Shown here: positions 1 through 10,754 of the stretch, in pieces
Position numbering within the stretch: the first letter of the stretch is position 1
Layout of the letters: every line of letters starts with the position of its first letter
NCBI RefSeq assembly: GCF_006345805.1
Contig: NC_043003.1
Span: 87,172,001 to 87,236,000, forward strand
DNA length: 64,000 nucleotides
Origin: Octopus sinensis
Lineage: Eukaryota
Reading direction: 5' to 3'
Translations under genes and position numbers: made by a program
Notes under the pieces: model-generated
Databases searched by the model: none
What the model was told of the DNA's origin: nothing
The model's input: the letters and a program-made list of their open reading frames with translations, nothing else

Positions 1-43
1 ACACATGCATCATACAGTCTGCCTTTTACTCTGAGCGAGAGTA

Positions 44-144
44 GTATATATATATAATATATATATCATATATATATATATATATATATATATGATATAT
101 AGATATCTATATATATATATATAATGATATCATATATATTATAA

Positions 145-190
<46 letters not shown>
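44..190. repeat. (TA)n microsatellite
   Basis: Directly visible interrupted TA run. Confidence 0.95.
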
Positions 191-192
<2 letters not shown>

Positions 193-290
193 GATAATAA
201 TAATATTAGGGAGTAAATCCAAACTTACAGGGAAAAATTAGATTTAGGATTAAATCTAATTTCACAGTATAAATATGAATTAAATTAGAT

Positions 291-470
291 CATCTTCAAG
301 ACTTTCCCTTCCACTCTTAAATTCAGTTGCCCACTTTCACATCTCTTAATGTAGCAACCATGTCAGAATCCCCGTCCTTGGGGACTAAACCGTTTTTTTA
401 GCAGGTACTTGCTAACACTATGATGCTAAATTTTGTCGATTTTAAAGAAAAGTCACTACTAGTTACTTTT
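291..470 (-). mobile_element. mariner transposase N-terminal relic
   Basis: Minus strand reads ..HHSVSKYLLKKRFSPKDGDSDMVATLRD../..TEFKSGRESLED, resembling the mariner HTH region (..EFKRGRESLEDDPR). Frameshifted. Confidence 0.7.
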
Positions 471-974
471 GAAGTCTTCCTTGGACAGTGAGATGTCAGT
501 ATAGCGGGGAAAAAAATCAATGCAGTTATTAACAAGAACAGTTGAAATTAATTCATGCAAGATTTCACAGCTCTAGCATTACTCCTTCTTAGTCAGTTTG
601 TGATCTTTATAGCTCACCCTCATATTAACCTTAAGAGATCCTCTCATAGGCGCTTAGTACATAAAAGCACACATGTAAATCAAAGCAGATAAAATTCACG
701 TGTCATGGGCACAGGAAATTTCCATATCACGTGATTTCATTCTATTGGAACTCGATAAGGTGACTGCATGCCAGTCAAATCTCACTGTTACAATATAAAA
801 AATATCAGCATCTTTTCAGATACTGATGTGACAAATAGCCATCAGGCTTATTAAAAATCAATTATTATCTGTTGTGGCCATGATATATATGTATGTATAT
901 ATATTATATATATATATATATATAATATATATATATAATATTATAATTAATTTGAATCTAAATTGTTGCTGAAC

Positions 975-1105
975 TTATATATATATATCTATATCCTCCT
1001 CCTCCTCCTCATCATCATCATCATCATTATCATCATTTAATGTCCGCTTTCCGTGCTGGCATGAGTTGGACAATTCCATATGTGTATACATATATATATA
1101 TACAC

Positions 1106-1139
<34 letters not shown>

Positions 1140-1155
1140 CGCACATATATATATG

Positions 1156-1186
<31 letters not shown>

Positions 1187-1210
1187 GCAACACACACACA
1201 CACACACATA

Positions 1211-1242
<32 letters not shown>

Positions 1243-1380
1243 TATATATACATACATATATATATACATACTTTGTATGTATGTATGGAGGGATGGATGG
1301 ATGGATGTGTATATACTAAAGTATGTAGTTTGTGTATGTGGGTGTAAATGTATATATATGTGTGTGTATGTGTATATAAA
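975..1380. repeat. compound (TA)n/(CAT)n/(CA)n/(GATG)n microsatellite
   Basis: Directly visible; explains ORFs 975..1433, 1033..1530 and 1040..1426. Confidence 0.95.
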
Positions 1381-1429
1381 AATTGTATATATAATACTTT
1401 GTTTTGGGTGGGAAACTGGGTATTGAAGC

Positions 1430-1670
1430 ACACATAAAGCTATAAATAACAGCATGTAAATATTGATTTCAAATTTTGGGTCAAGGCCAACAATGCTGGA
1501 GAAGCAAATAAGTTGATTACCAGTGTTCAACTGGTGTATATTTTATTGACACCAAAAGAATGAAAGGGAAAGTCAATCTCGGTGAAATTTGAACTCAGAA
1601 TGTGAAAATAGATGAAACACTGCCAAGTGTTTCACCTGTTGTTCTATTGATTCTGCTAGCTCACTGCCTT
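1430..1670 (-). mobile_element. tRNA-derived SINE family B, degenerate
   Basis: aaagtcaatctcggtgaaatttgaactcagaatgt matches the reverse complement of the cleaner copy at 37402-37622. Confidence 0.75.
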
Positions 1671-1751
1671 TACAAGAAATGGTGGGGTTGAAATGGTCCT
1701 GACTTTGGATTAAAAAAAATACAGGAGGATCAGTTAATGATTATTTTATTC

Positions 1752-2130
1752 AATCATCATCATCATCATCATCGTTTAACGTCCGTTTTCCGCACTAGCA
1801 CGGGTTGGACGGTTTCGACCGGGGTCTGGGGAGCTCGGGACTGCCCCAGGCTCCAGTCTAGTCTGGCAGTGTTTCTACAGCTGGATGCCCTTCCTAACGC
1901 CAACCACTCCGCGAGTGTAGTGGGTGTTTTTTACGTGCCACCTGCACAGGTGCCAGAGGGGTCTGGCATCGGCCAAGTTCGGATGGTGCTTTTTATGTGG
2001 GGGAGGGTATAGAAATATATAGGGGAGCACCAGTGGGGAGGGTGGTTCAGAGAAATGATGACAGGTTCTAGGCAAGTAGAACGTAGGATATCAAGAGAGG
2101 GGTAATGCATGGTGAAATAGCGTGTTGAAG
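1752..2130 (-). mobile_element. RTE LINE derivative: 3' tail fused to a 5'-UTR fragment
   Basis: 1752-1998 matches the tail of the 43-47 kb RTE. 2017-2038 and 2080-2091 are exact reverse complements of 44070-44091 and 43998-44009. Confidence 0.75.
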
Positions 2131-3300
2131 AGGGGGGTTCGAAGAGTAGACACCTATAATATATTCACATATTCCCCTCCTAGATTCACACACTTATTGC
2201 AACAGTCCTTCAGTTTTTCTAAGTCCTGTAAAAAGAACTCAGAATGTTGGACCTCCAACCAGGCCTCTATTGCCACAATCACTTTCAAATTGGAGTGAAA
2301 TTTCATTCCCTTGAGATGTTTCTTCAGTCATGGAAAGAGGTGATAGTTTGAGAGGCCAAATCAGAAGAGTAAGGTGGGTGATCTACCAATTCAAAGCCAA
2401 AGTCACGTATTTTCCATAAAGTTTCATGTGCTGTGTGTGCTGATGCATTGTCCTTAAAAAACAGGACACCACAGCTCAGCTTTCCATGGTGTCTCTGCTT
2501 CAAAGCTTCGTACAGTTCATCCAACAGAGACATGTAGTATTCTGCCTTGATGGTGTGACCCTTTGACAGTATACTATGAGGAGTACTCTGTCTTTGTCCC
2601 AGAACACTGAAGCCAGAATCTTTCCAACTGACAGGGTCCAAAACCTTTTGGGACATGATGAACTGCTGTGGCACCACTTCATTGATTGCTACAATTATGA
2701 TCTGGGGATCATAATGATGAAACCAAGTTTCATCCATGGTGACTATACAAGCCATAAAATTAGCCTCTTTCACTGCAAACTGATCCAAAATTGCCTTTGA
2801 TGTTGTAACTCAGGCACTTCTGATCTGCATTTAGGCATTTTGGCATCCATTTTGTGGAAAGCTTTCTCATGTGCAGAATGTTGTGGATGATGTGGCCAAT
2901 TCTTTCATGGAAAATCCCCAGAGACTCAGCTATGACTTTAGCTGAAATCCAGCAGTCTTTGAGAATCATAATGTGCACAGCATCGGCTTTGTCCTCTGTG
3001 GTTGTGGAAGTTGGCGGTCTTGACCAGGATTCACCTATGACCTTGAAATGGCCAGTCTGAAACCTTGACACCCAAATTGTAGCAAATTCATCTTCTTGAC
3101 AGAGCTTGAAGAATACTGTGAATATGGTATTTTGGGGGCTTCCATTTGTAGTTGGACTGTGTCTGTCAGTGTGATGTCTCTGAGATGGAGGACAACCAGA
3201 AGTCAATATTTTAAAAACTTTCAAAGACATTGAATGTAATATAAAAAGCAATATTTTTTATTTTTAATAATTTTAAATAAAAAATCAAATGAACAACCTA
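2130..3300 (-). mobile_element. mariner (DD34D-type) transposon, frameshifted
   Basis: ORFs 2760..3251 and 2324..2788 carry SRPPTS, WMPKCL, MDETWFHHYDP, KDNASAH and HPPYSSDLA; C-terminal KCVNLGGEYV near 2160-2200. TIRs not confidently identified. Confidence 0.9.
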
Positions 3301-3414
3301 TAATTTGTCTGAGATAGAATTATTCATGCATCAGACGTATGGAAGCAATTGGCAAAGCCGTTTTTGTGTGAAAAGCAAATATGCACACATCTCTATTTTA
3401 TATATTAGATACGT

Positions 3415-3690
3415 TAAAAGCATCCAGTCCACACTGTAATGTGGTTGGCGTTTGGAAGGACATCCAGCTGTAAAGATCATGCCAAAACTAACTTCACCTG
3501 TGCTAGTGCCAGGTAAAAAGCACTGAGTCCACTCTGTGGAGTGGTTATATTAGGAAGAGCATCCAGCCATAAAATCTCTACCAAAACAGACACAGTAGCC
3601 TAGGGAAGTTTTTCTACCTGGCAGCTCCTGTCAACCATCCTACCCATACATGCATGGAAGATGGATGCTAAACAAGATGATGATGATGAT
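3415..3690 (+). mobile_element. RTE 3'-tail fragments (two partial copies), (GAT)n tail
   Basis: gtggttggcg..ggaaggacatccagctgta twice, ending in gatgatgat. Confidence 0.75.
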
Positions 3691-3694
3691 GATA

Positions 3695-3725
<31 letters not shown>

Positions 3726-3964
3726 ATATATATATTAATATCCAAATATGAATTAAAAGCAACTTGAGGTATATAAGCAAAATCGAGCACACATACTCAA
3801 TGTGTGTGTTGTTAGTTCATTGGGCAGCTGCATGTTCGCTTGTTCATTAGTTAGTCTCTTATGCCTAAAAATGCAGCCACCCAACAAACTAACAACAAGC
3901 AACTTTGTGTATAGTGTTTGATTTGTTTACATATATATAATATTATATATATATATATATATAT

Positions 3965-4535
3965 ATAGGTTCAGCAAAATTTAGATTCGAATATGGTACT
4001 TAATTTAGATGCACCAGAATTTTGATGGGGTTATCCATAAAATTTGTGGGTGATTATAATCAAAAATAAGCAACAAGAATGACCGGTGTAATTTGGTACA
4101 ATTGTTTCACACTACATCATTTTATTAAATGTTGTAAGGAGTGGCTGTGTGGTAAGTGGCTTGCTAACCAACCACATGGTTCCGGGTTCAGTCCCACTGC
4201 ATGGCACCTTGAGCAAGTGTCTTCTACTATAGCCTCGGGCTGACCAAAGCCTTGTCAGTGGATTTGGTAGACGGAAACTGAAAGAAGCCCGTCGTATATA
4301 TGTATATATATGTGTGTGTGCATGTATGTTTGTGTGTCTGTGTTTAAGTCCCGGTGTCGAGTTGCTCAACTAAAGGTGGTGCTCCAGCATGGCCGCAGTC
4401 AACTGACCTAAACAAGTAAAAGAGTAAAAGAGTAAGAGTATTACAACAGATGTAATACTTACAACATTTAATAAAATGATGTAGTGCGAAACAATTGTAC
4501 CAAATTACCGGAGTCATTCTTGTTGCTTATTTTGA
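3965..4535. repeat. PLE-associated inverted pair with decayed HHR (4070-4137 vs 4459-4530), SINE in the spacer
   Basis: Arms are reverse complements and contain gaaacaattgtacc. Flank 3970-4065 is homologous (reverse complement) to 26660-26760. Confidence 0.7.
4137..4440 (+). mobile_element. tRNA-derived SINE family A (CORE-like), internally deleted
   Basis: A box tggctgtgtgg, B box ggttcagtccc, ccttgagcaagtgtctt segment, (aagagta)n tail. Confidence 0.9.
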
Positions 4536-4575
<40 letters not shown>

Positions 4576-4735
4576 GCATATAATAGGGATGACCACTATG
4601 TGGACATCCAATATGCTAGAAGAAGATCACCTACGATCTAACTACAAAGAAAACAATGTTCTCAAGAGAAATTCAGCAAACACCAGAACAAACACGAGTA
4701 AGACAGATGAAAATATATATAATATACAGAATTAA

Positions 4736-4802
4736 TCATAGACCGATTTCGTCATCAACGATTTTACTTGCGTAATCATCGTCCGTGGACTCTTCAGTAT
4801 GA
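4736..4802 (-). ncRNA. minimal type-I hammerhead ribozyme
   Basis: Minus strand: tcata-CTGAAGA-gtc..acgat ga ttac GCAA gtaa a atcgt..gac-GAAA-tcg-GTC-tatga. Stem I tcata/tatga, core intact, quasi-palindromic stem III. Confidence 0.8.
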
Positions 4803-4994
4803 TAGTTCCAATTCAAAATAATTTGTAGAACTATACACTAGTTATCCTTATAAAATTAGACGTGCGTACCAATTGGGGTTACTTTCAAATGTTTAAGTTC
4901 TGGCACGCTAAATCCCGGAAACAGTTCTGCAGTAGATAATTCACTGCAGCTAATGTTGCCGGTTAGAGAACATAATTATTTAAAATTTAAATAA

Positions 4995-5189
4995 TGAGGG
5001 TGATAAATTGAATATTAATTTAATTAATATCAATTTAAAACCAGTGACCAAGCATATAGAAAAATCTGAAAATTCAGAAAAATTGTAATACATGCGTATA
5101 ATAGGGATGAATGTTCAGATTTTTCTATATGCTAGGCTACTGGTTTTAAATTGATATTAATTAAATTAATATTCAATTTATCACCCTCA
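4995..5189. repeat. fold-back inverted repeat, about 78 bp arms
   Basis: tgagggtgataaattgaatattaatttaattaatatcaatttaaaacc.. is mirrored at 5115-5189. Confidence 0.9.
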
Positions 5190-5268
5190 GTCACCATGAT
5201 AGATCGATAGCCACTACACACTTTTTTTTCTCTCCTTGTTTCTCTCCTTGTTTTTTTTCTCTGTGTCC

Positions 5269-5304
5269 CTTTCTGTAGAAGAGCATAGGCTCGAAATGTA
5301 AAAG
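5269..5304 (+). ncRNA. non-canonical minimal HHR-like motif (PLE-type repeat)
   Basis: cttt-CTGTAGA-A-gagc-atag-gctc-GAAAT-GTA-aaag: stems I and II pair, core has A6>U and one extra A. Second copy at 42646. Confidence 0.55.
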
Positions 5305-5358
5305 ACTTTTTCTATTCCTGAGCGTTATACTAATACATCTGTTTGTTTTGTACACCAC

Positions 5359-5400
<42 letters not shown>

Positions 5401-6046
5401 GGTGGTGCTCTAACATGGCTGCAGTCAAAAGAATAAAAGAATATATATGTATGTATATATATTAATGTGAGTTTAGAGGGATATATTATCTGGGCAGATA
5501 CCATAGTAGCTGTTATCTATGTTCCAGGTTATGGTTAACTGCATCAATTAGTATTTAACATCTATGAACTCTATGAGTTGCAAGTCAAACTGTAAATTTT
5601 TCTGTGTTTGCTTCACCTGATGGCAATATTATCTGGAGTGTATATTTACAGTAATTATAACAATAGAGAATATGGAAACTGGTACATCCTCAGAATTTAT
5701 TTCCTTTTATTTTACAATGTCATACAACATATTTTTATGGTTATAACAACCTACACATGTTTCCTTTGCAAAAAGTATGAGCAGTTGCATATGCAACCGA
5801 GCATAATTTTCTGTGCAGCTTTGTTCAGGGTCTTTTAACCAGCTTGGCTCAAAGCGAACAGAATTCAGTTAGTTGTTTATTGGTTAGAGTTCAGTGGAAA
5901 GCAACGGGAGTTTGTTTTGAATCTGAAATCTGATCTGTTTGTAAACTTATGTGGTTGACCTCGGCTTCACACCAATTTCTTGCTGAAGTCAAGATTATAT
6001 CTAATTAGGTCAGAGTTTATGTTACTGTCTTGGCAGGCTTCTTTGT

Positions 6047-6389
6047 GTATTTTAGTAGATCGGCACATATTAATGGGTACTTAGTAGATGGGTACTTCTT
6101 TGTGTATTTTAGTAATGGGTAGCTTATTTTCAAGTATAGTCCTTGTAATGTGCTTTATTTTAGGGTGGTCCAGTTCCATGTTATGTTCTTAGTTATTCAG
6201 ATAGTTTCATTTTATAGATATTCTAGTATTTTAGTAGATTGGCACATAATAATGGGTACTTAGTAGATGGGTACTTCTTTGTGTATTTTAGTAATGGGTA
6301 GCTTATTTTCAAGTATAGTCCTTGTAATGTGTTTTATTTTAGGGTGGTCCAGTTCCATGCTATGTTCTTAGTTATTCAGATATTTTCAT
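6047..6389. repeat. tandem duplication, about 164 bp x2 (period 179)
   Basis: 6047-6210 and 6226-6389 are near-identical. Confidence 0.9.
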
Positions 6390-6399
6390 AGCTGTGGTA

Positions 6400-7130
6400 T
6401 TTATTATGCTGGGTAGAGGAAAGTAAAAGGAATATATACTATGTTAGTTGGGAAGTTCAGGACATGTGCTTCTATCTTTACTTCATCCTATTTCTATCTC
6501 TAAATAAATTTAAGTGATTTGTTTGCCTTTTTTTTTAAATTTAGCAAGCTGGCCCCTATATAGAAGTATGTCCTTCTCTCAGATATGATCTTGCATCGAT
6601 ACATAAGGTCCTTTGTCAAGCATCTTGAATTTAAAAGGCATACTTTATTCCTAACACAATAGATAATAGGAATTCCCTGTTCCTCTTATCTATTGTATTG
6701 TAGTTCCTATTTCCTATTTCTGCTGCCTTCATTCCAATCGGTCTACTATTTTTCCTAAGCTTTCTATCCATAGGTGTTTGTGGGCTTTGTGGACTATTAT
6801 TTCTAGCAATTCCTGTGCCCTGTCCTGTGGAAGTAGAAGCTTGTGTTGAAGTGGTCTTCCCTCAGCTGCTGGTCCTTACTGTATTACCATGCCCCACTAA
6901 ATTCTATGTTATATTAGGATTAATGTTCGAGTCTCTTCTGTTATTAACTATTCCTATCCTGTTACCTGGGTTACCATTATCAATATTCTTGTTAATAGGG
7001 TTGTCTACCATTTTTGTTGGTCCTTTGGAAGTAAGATAGACTTCTTGCATTGTGTATTACTATGATCTGCACTAGGTTATGGCTATTGAAAAAAGTGAAC
7101 CAAACTTTGTGCATATTGAATATTCTGTAG
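6400..7130 (-). mobile_element. Penelope-like element relic (linker plus GIY-YIG endonuclease)
   Basis: Minus strand with frameshifts: YRIFNMHKV..NLVQIIVIHNA.., YCVRNKVC..CLTKDLMYRCKII..YFYIGASLLNLKKRQTNH, matching the PLE CxC..CP..CL..Y..YIG..H pattern. Confidence 0.7.
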
Positions 7131-7610
7131 CAGTAGTTCTCAAACTTTTTTTCTCTGGGGCCCAATTTTCGCACCCAAAAAAATCCAGCTCACTGGAATA
7201 TGAGGACCCTCTTATTAACACTACTGATTTAATATAAGTAGCCAGTTTTATGTTGCCCTGAAAAGATTAATGTAGAGAAAGATGGGAAAATCCAGCTCAC
7301 TGCATAAATCCTTCTGTCCCTAAAGAGTTAAATTTTGTCTTTGGTATAGAAATTTTGAATTTTTCCAACAGCTTGCATGCAATTCAGATGACATTGTAGG
7401 ATAGGTGTGAGTGGCCAGATGTGGCCAGTTTGAGCATAAAACAAGTAGATTATCTAGGGCTGGATATATCTGGTTTAAATGCTAAAGTGTTAAATCTAGA
7501 AACTTTTATTATACTTATAAATTTTTTTTCAGAAATTTATATGGGGAGGGGTCGATAAATTATGAGCAAGTCCATAAGAGGGTCAATGATATAATATGTT
7601 CGCAGACCCC
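7131..7610. mobile_element. possible hAT-type MITE relic
   Basis: Left end cagtagttctcaaact, right end tgttcgcagacccct; no 8-bp TSD seen. Confidence 0.35.
7385..7493. mobile_element. piggyBac-type MITE half ending at TTAA
   Basis: ..ggtttaaatgctaaagtgTTAA; a related opposite half lies at 40470-40604. Confidence 0.55.
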
Positions 7611-7687
7611 TACATTTGAGTCAAAATTTGCTCCAACTCTACAGTAAAGTTAATGAGTAGAAAAAATAAAAAATAAAATAAACTATA

Positions 7688-8108
7688 GGTGCAGGTGTGG
7701 CTGTGTGTAAGAAGCTTGCTTACCAACCACATGGTTCCAGGTTCAGTCCTGCTGTGTAACATCTTGGGCAAATGTCTTCTACTATAGCCTCAGACCAACC
7801 AAAGCCGTGTAAGTGGATTTGGTAGACAGAAACTGAAAGAAGCCCATTGAATGTATGTGTGTGTACGGCTGTCTGTCTGTCTGTCTGTCTTTGCATCTGT
7901 GTTTGTCTCCCACCACTGCTTGACAACGGGTATTGGTTTATTTACGTCCCTGTAACTTAGCTGTTCAGCAGAAAGAGACTGATACAATAAGTACTAGGCT
8001 AAAAAAAAACAAAGGAAAAGTACTGGTGTTGATTCATTCAACTAAAAAGCTCTTCAATGTGGTGCCCCAGCATGGCCACAGTCTAATGACTGAAACAGGT
8101 AAAAGATA
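7688..8108 (+). mobile_element. SINE family A
   Basis: Full head-to-tail similarity to 29635-30048. Confidence 0.9.
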
Positions 8109-8283
8109 AAATATATAAAAAAAACAATAAACCTGTTTATTTTCATTTGCAGACAAAAAGCTGTGTCTTTAATTCTGTTTTGAATCCATGTTAACTCTAT
8201 ACATGTCTTGTGTATCACATGTAATGCACAGGATATATTTACCTGAGGTTCATGTACCATATATATGAAAACCAGAATGTATA

Positions 8284-8652
8284 TCACTATATATATAAAC
8301 GGCAAAATGTCTGTCTGTGTGTGTATTCTTTATACAAATCCACAATTTTTCAGTTAGAGGGCTCGCACTTTCTATGGTCATTCAAAACCATCCAAGGGTG
8401 GTCGTGCACATCTTTACATTTCCCCAGTCACCCCGCAAAACCATTAAAAAATCAATAGAAGTGACTTTTTTGTGAATTTTCTATCCAAATCCCAATCAAA
8501 ATGCCCGAAACTTGGTACGCCAATTGAATGCCAGCTAGCTGTATGTGATTGGTTGGAGATTTGGACAGTACTCGCGTGTATGTGCGCATGCACGCAGCTG
8601 TATATGCATGCACTAGCACTATGACCCGGCACTGAGAATGAAGGATCTCTAG
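8284..8652 (+). mobile_element. Helitron/DINE-1-like non-autonomous element (tentative)
   Basis: Begins tc(a)ctatatatataaacggcaaaatgtctgtctgtgtgtg and ends CTAG|T; subterminal hairpin poor. Confidence 0.4.
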
Positions 8653-8829
8653 TTTCCATTAGAATTTCCCTCAAGAAGGTAAACACATATAAATACATAC
8701 ATACATGCATATTGTCTTCTACAATAAAACACCAGTTTCTGTTCCTCTTATCATAGTTTAACCTCTTATCACCTGACACAAAGCCACCTAACTCAATATA
8801 CAACCCTTCTCAGTTCAGAGACTTTTGTC

Positions 8830-9050
8830 TTGCAAGTTACATGGTGACCTTACTAATATTGGTGTCCCATAAAAAGCTTCCAATACAATCTGTAAGGTGG
8901 TTGGCGTTAGGAAGAGCATCCAGTTATAGAAACCATGCCAAAACAGACAATGGAGCCTGGTTCAAACATCTAGCTTGCCAGCTCCTGCCAAACTGTCCAG
9001 CCCATGCTAGCACGGAAGGCAGATGTTAAATGATAATGAGGATGATGAGG
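8830..9050 (+). mobile_element. RTE 3'-tail fragment
   Basis: gtggttggcgttaggaagagcatccag..ccatgctagcacgga..gatgttaaatgat. Confidence 0.8.
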
Positions 9051-9104
9051 AGGAGGGGAATGATACAGGGTACCTTAGGAAAGTGTACCCTCTATAGGGT
9101 AGAC

Positions 9105-9200
9105 ATAGGTAAGTGTCTTCTACTATAGCTTCAGGCTGACCAAAGCTTTGTGAGTGGATTTGGTGGACAGAAACTGAAAGAAGTCAGTCATATATATGTG
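9105..9200 (+). mobile_element. SINE family A internal fragment
   Basis: aagtgtcttctactatag..gtgagtggatttggt..gaaactgaaagaag. Confidence 0.8.
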
Positions 9201-9299
9201 TGTGTATACACACACACACACACACAATCATTTACTGCCATTTTTTGGTGTGCTACAAAACTAGTCCAGGAACTTTTTGATACAGGAACTTTATATATA

Positions 9300-9437
9300 T
9301 ATCATCATCATCATCATCATCATCATCGTTTAACGTCCGCTTTCCATGCTAGCATGGGTTGGACGGTTCAACTGGGGTCTGGGGAGCCCGAAGGCTGCAC
9401 CAGGCCAGTCAGATCTGGCAGTGTTTCTACAGCTGGA
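9300..9437 (-). mobile_element. RTE 3'-tail fragment
   Basis: (CAT)n-cgtttaacgtccgctttccatgctagc..ctacagctggat. Confidence 0.9.
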
Positions 9438-9535
9438 TAATATTTTGGACTGATGGTTATATGTTGATTAGTGAGGTGAAGTGTTGAGTAGAACACTGGC
9501 ACAGTTTGGGCTACCTGATGACATCTGCAGTCAGG

Positions 9536-9617
9536 TTATCTCTGATGAGCATAAATTTATATAATCAGATTGTTACCTAATACCCCATTGTATTCTTTAA
9601 ACGAAACCGATTGATAA
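9536..9617 (+). ncRNA. degenerate HHR-like relic
   Basis: ttatc(t)-CTGATGAG..GAAAC-cg-att-gataa. Stem I present; stem II and cleavage triplet damaged. Confidence 0.35.
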
Positions 9618-10229
9618 GATCAGCCATGATGGATATTTAATATTTTACATTTCAGATAATATAGCCACTCTATTGATAATAGGGTTCCTGGAAAGGATCC
9701 TTATATATATCTAACATATTTTATTTTAAAAGCCAAGAGGAATAACCCATTCGCCCCTGGAAGGGATCCTTATATAAGCCAAGGACCTATATATAGCCAT
9801 TTTCCTAAATAATTTGATAAAAATGAAATTGAGTATGCTTATTTCTTAGTATTTGAAATGTCAGAGTTATTTTCACAATTTATCCAGTACAACCCTTAAA
9901 CAAGTAAACAGTATTTTTATAAACAATAAATCCACCTATTTCAGTTAGTGACTTATTCACGAATATACCAACACTAGCGCCCTGGGGTAATATTCTCTGG
10001 GAATGCACAAAAGCCCTTTTCAGAGTTATTTACTTTGAATTGTTATTATCTCATATCTGATTAGCTTGTTATTACATAACATGTTTCACGATTTTAGTAA
10101 ATGTACCTTATTAGTATTTTCTCCTATGTTCTATATACTCTGGGAACACATTAAAGCCCTTTTCAAGACTGCTTTATTTGAATTATTACTATAAGGTAAC
10201 TAATTTCATGTTACAGTTCTATATTTAAG

Positions 10230-10338
10230 TGATGAGGAATTATGTACATCATTTACATTATTTACATTTGACAGATATTTGTCCTCATCTTGTTTGTTGT
10301 TAACACAACGTTTCGGCTGATATACCCTCCAGCCTTCA
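10230..10338 (-). mobile_element. PLE-type repeat with truncated HHR (3' half)
   Basis: Minus strand: atgaa-ggctg-gagggtatat-cagcc-GAAAC-GTT-gtgt; the 5' CTG of the core is missing. Confidence 0.5.
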
Positions 10339-10368
10339 TTCCATAATTCACTTCATCATTGCCCATGG

Positions 10369-10437
10369 GCATATGGTGTAGTGGTTAAGAATGCGGGCTA
10401 CTAACCCCAAAATTCCAAGTTCAATTCCAAACAGTGA

Positions 10438-10471
<34 letters not shown>
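10369..10471 (+). mobile_element. short tRNA-derived SINE with (TAA)n tail (family D)
   Basis: A box tggtgtagtgg, ggctactaacc loop, B box agttcaattcc, then (aat)n. Confidence 0.7.
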
Positions 10472-10674
10472 TATTGTACTAGTTCTGACTTAGCAGATGT
10501 AAGATGTTATTATTGTTCACTGAAATTTTTCTCATTATGTCTATAGTAGATTTGTGACTATTTGGTGATACAGAAGTATTTTTGACTTTATTTCTTAGCG
10601 ATGAAGGTGCTCATGTAGTGCCCTTGTGTATATATGTACATATCTAATATTGTATGTATGTAAGTTATTATATT

Positions 10675-10754
<80 letters not shown>

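Noticed and set aside
975-1530. 150-165 aa ORFs
   Set aside because: Translations of TA/CA microsatellites. The same applies to the ORFs at 11.6-13.1, 20.5, 25.5, 34.7, 35.2, 38.2, 49.1 and 57.7 kb.
10369-10440. functional tRNA gene
   Set aside because: Acceptor and T stems do not pair properly, and a (TAA)n tail follows instead of a T-run terminator.
10605-10630. gcgatga-a-ggtgct-catgt-agtgcc as an HHR
   Set aside because: Core damaged and GAAA half absent.
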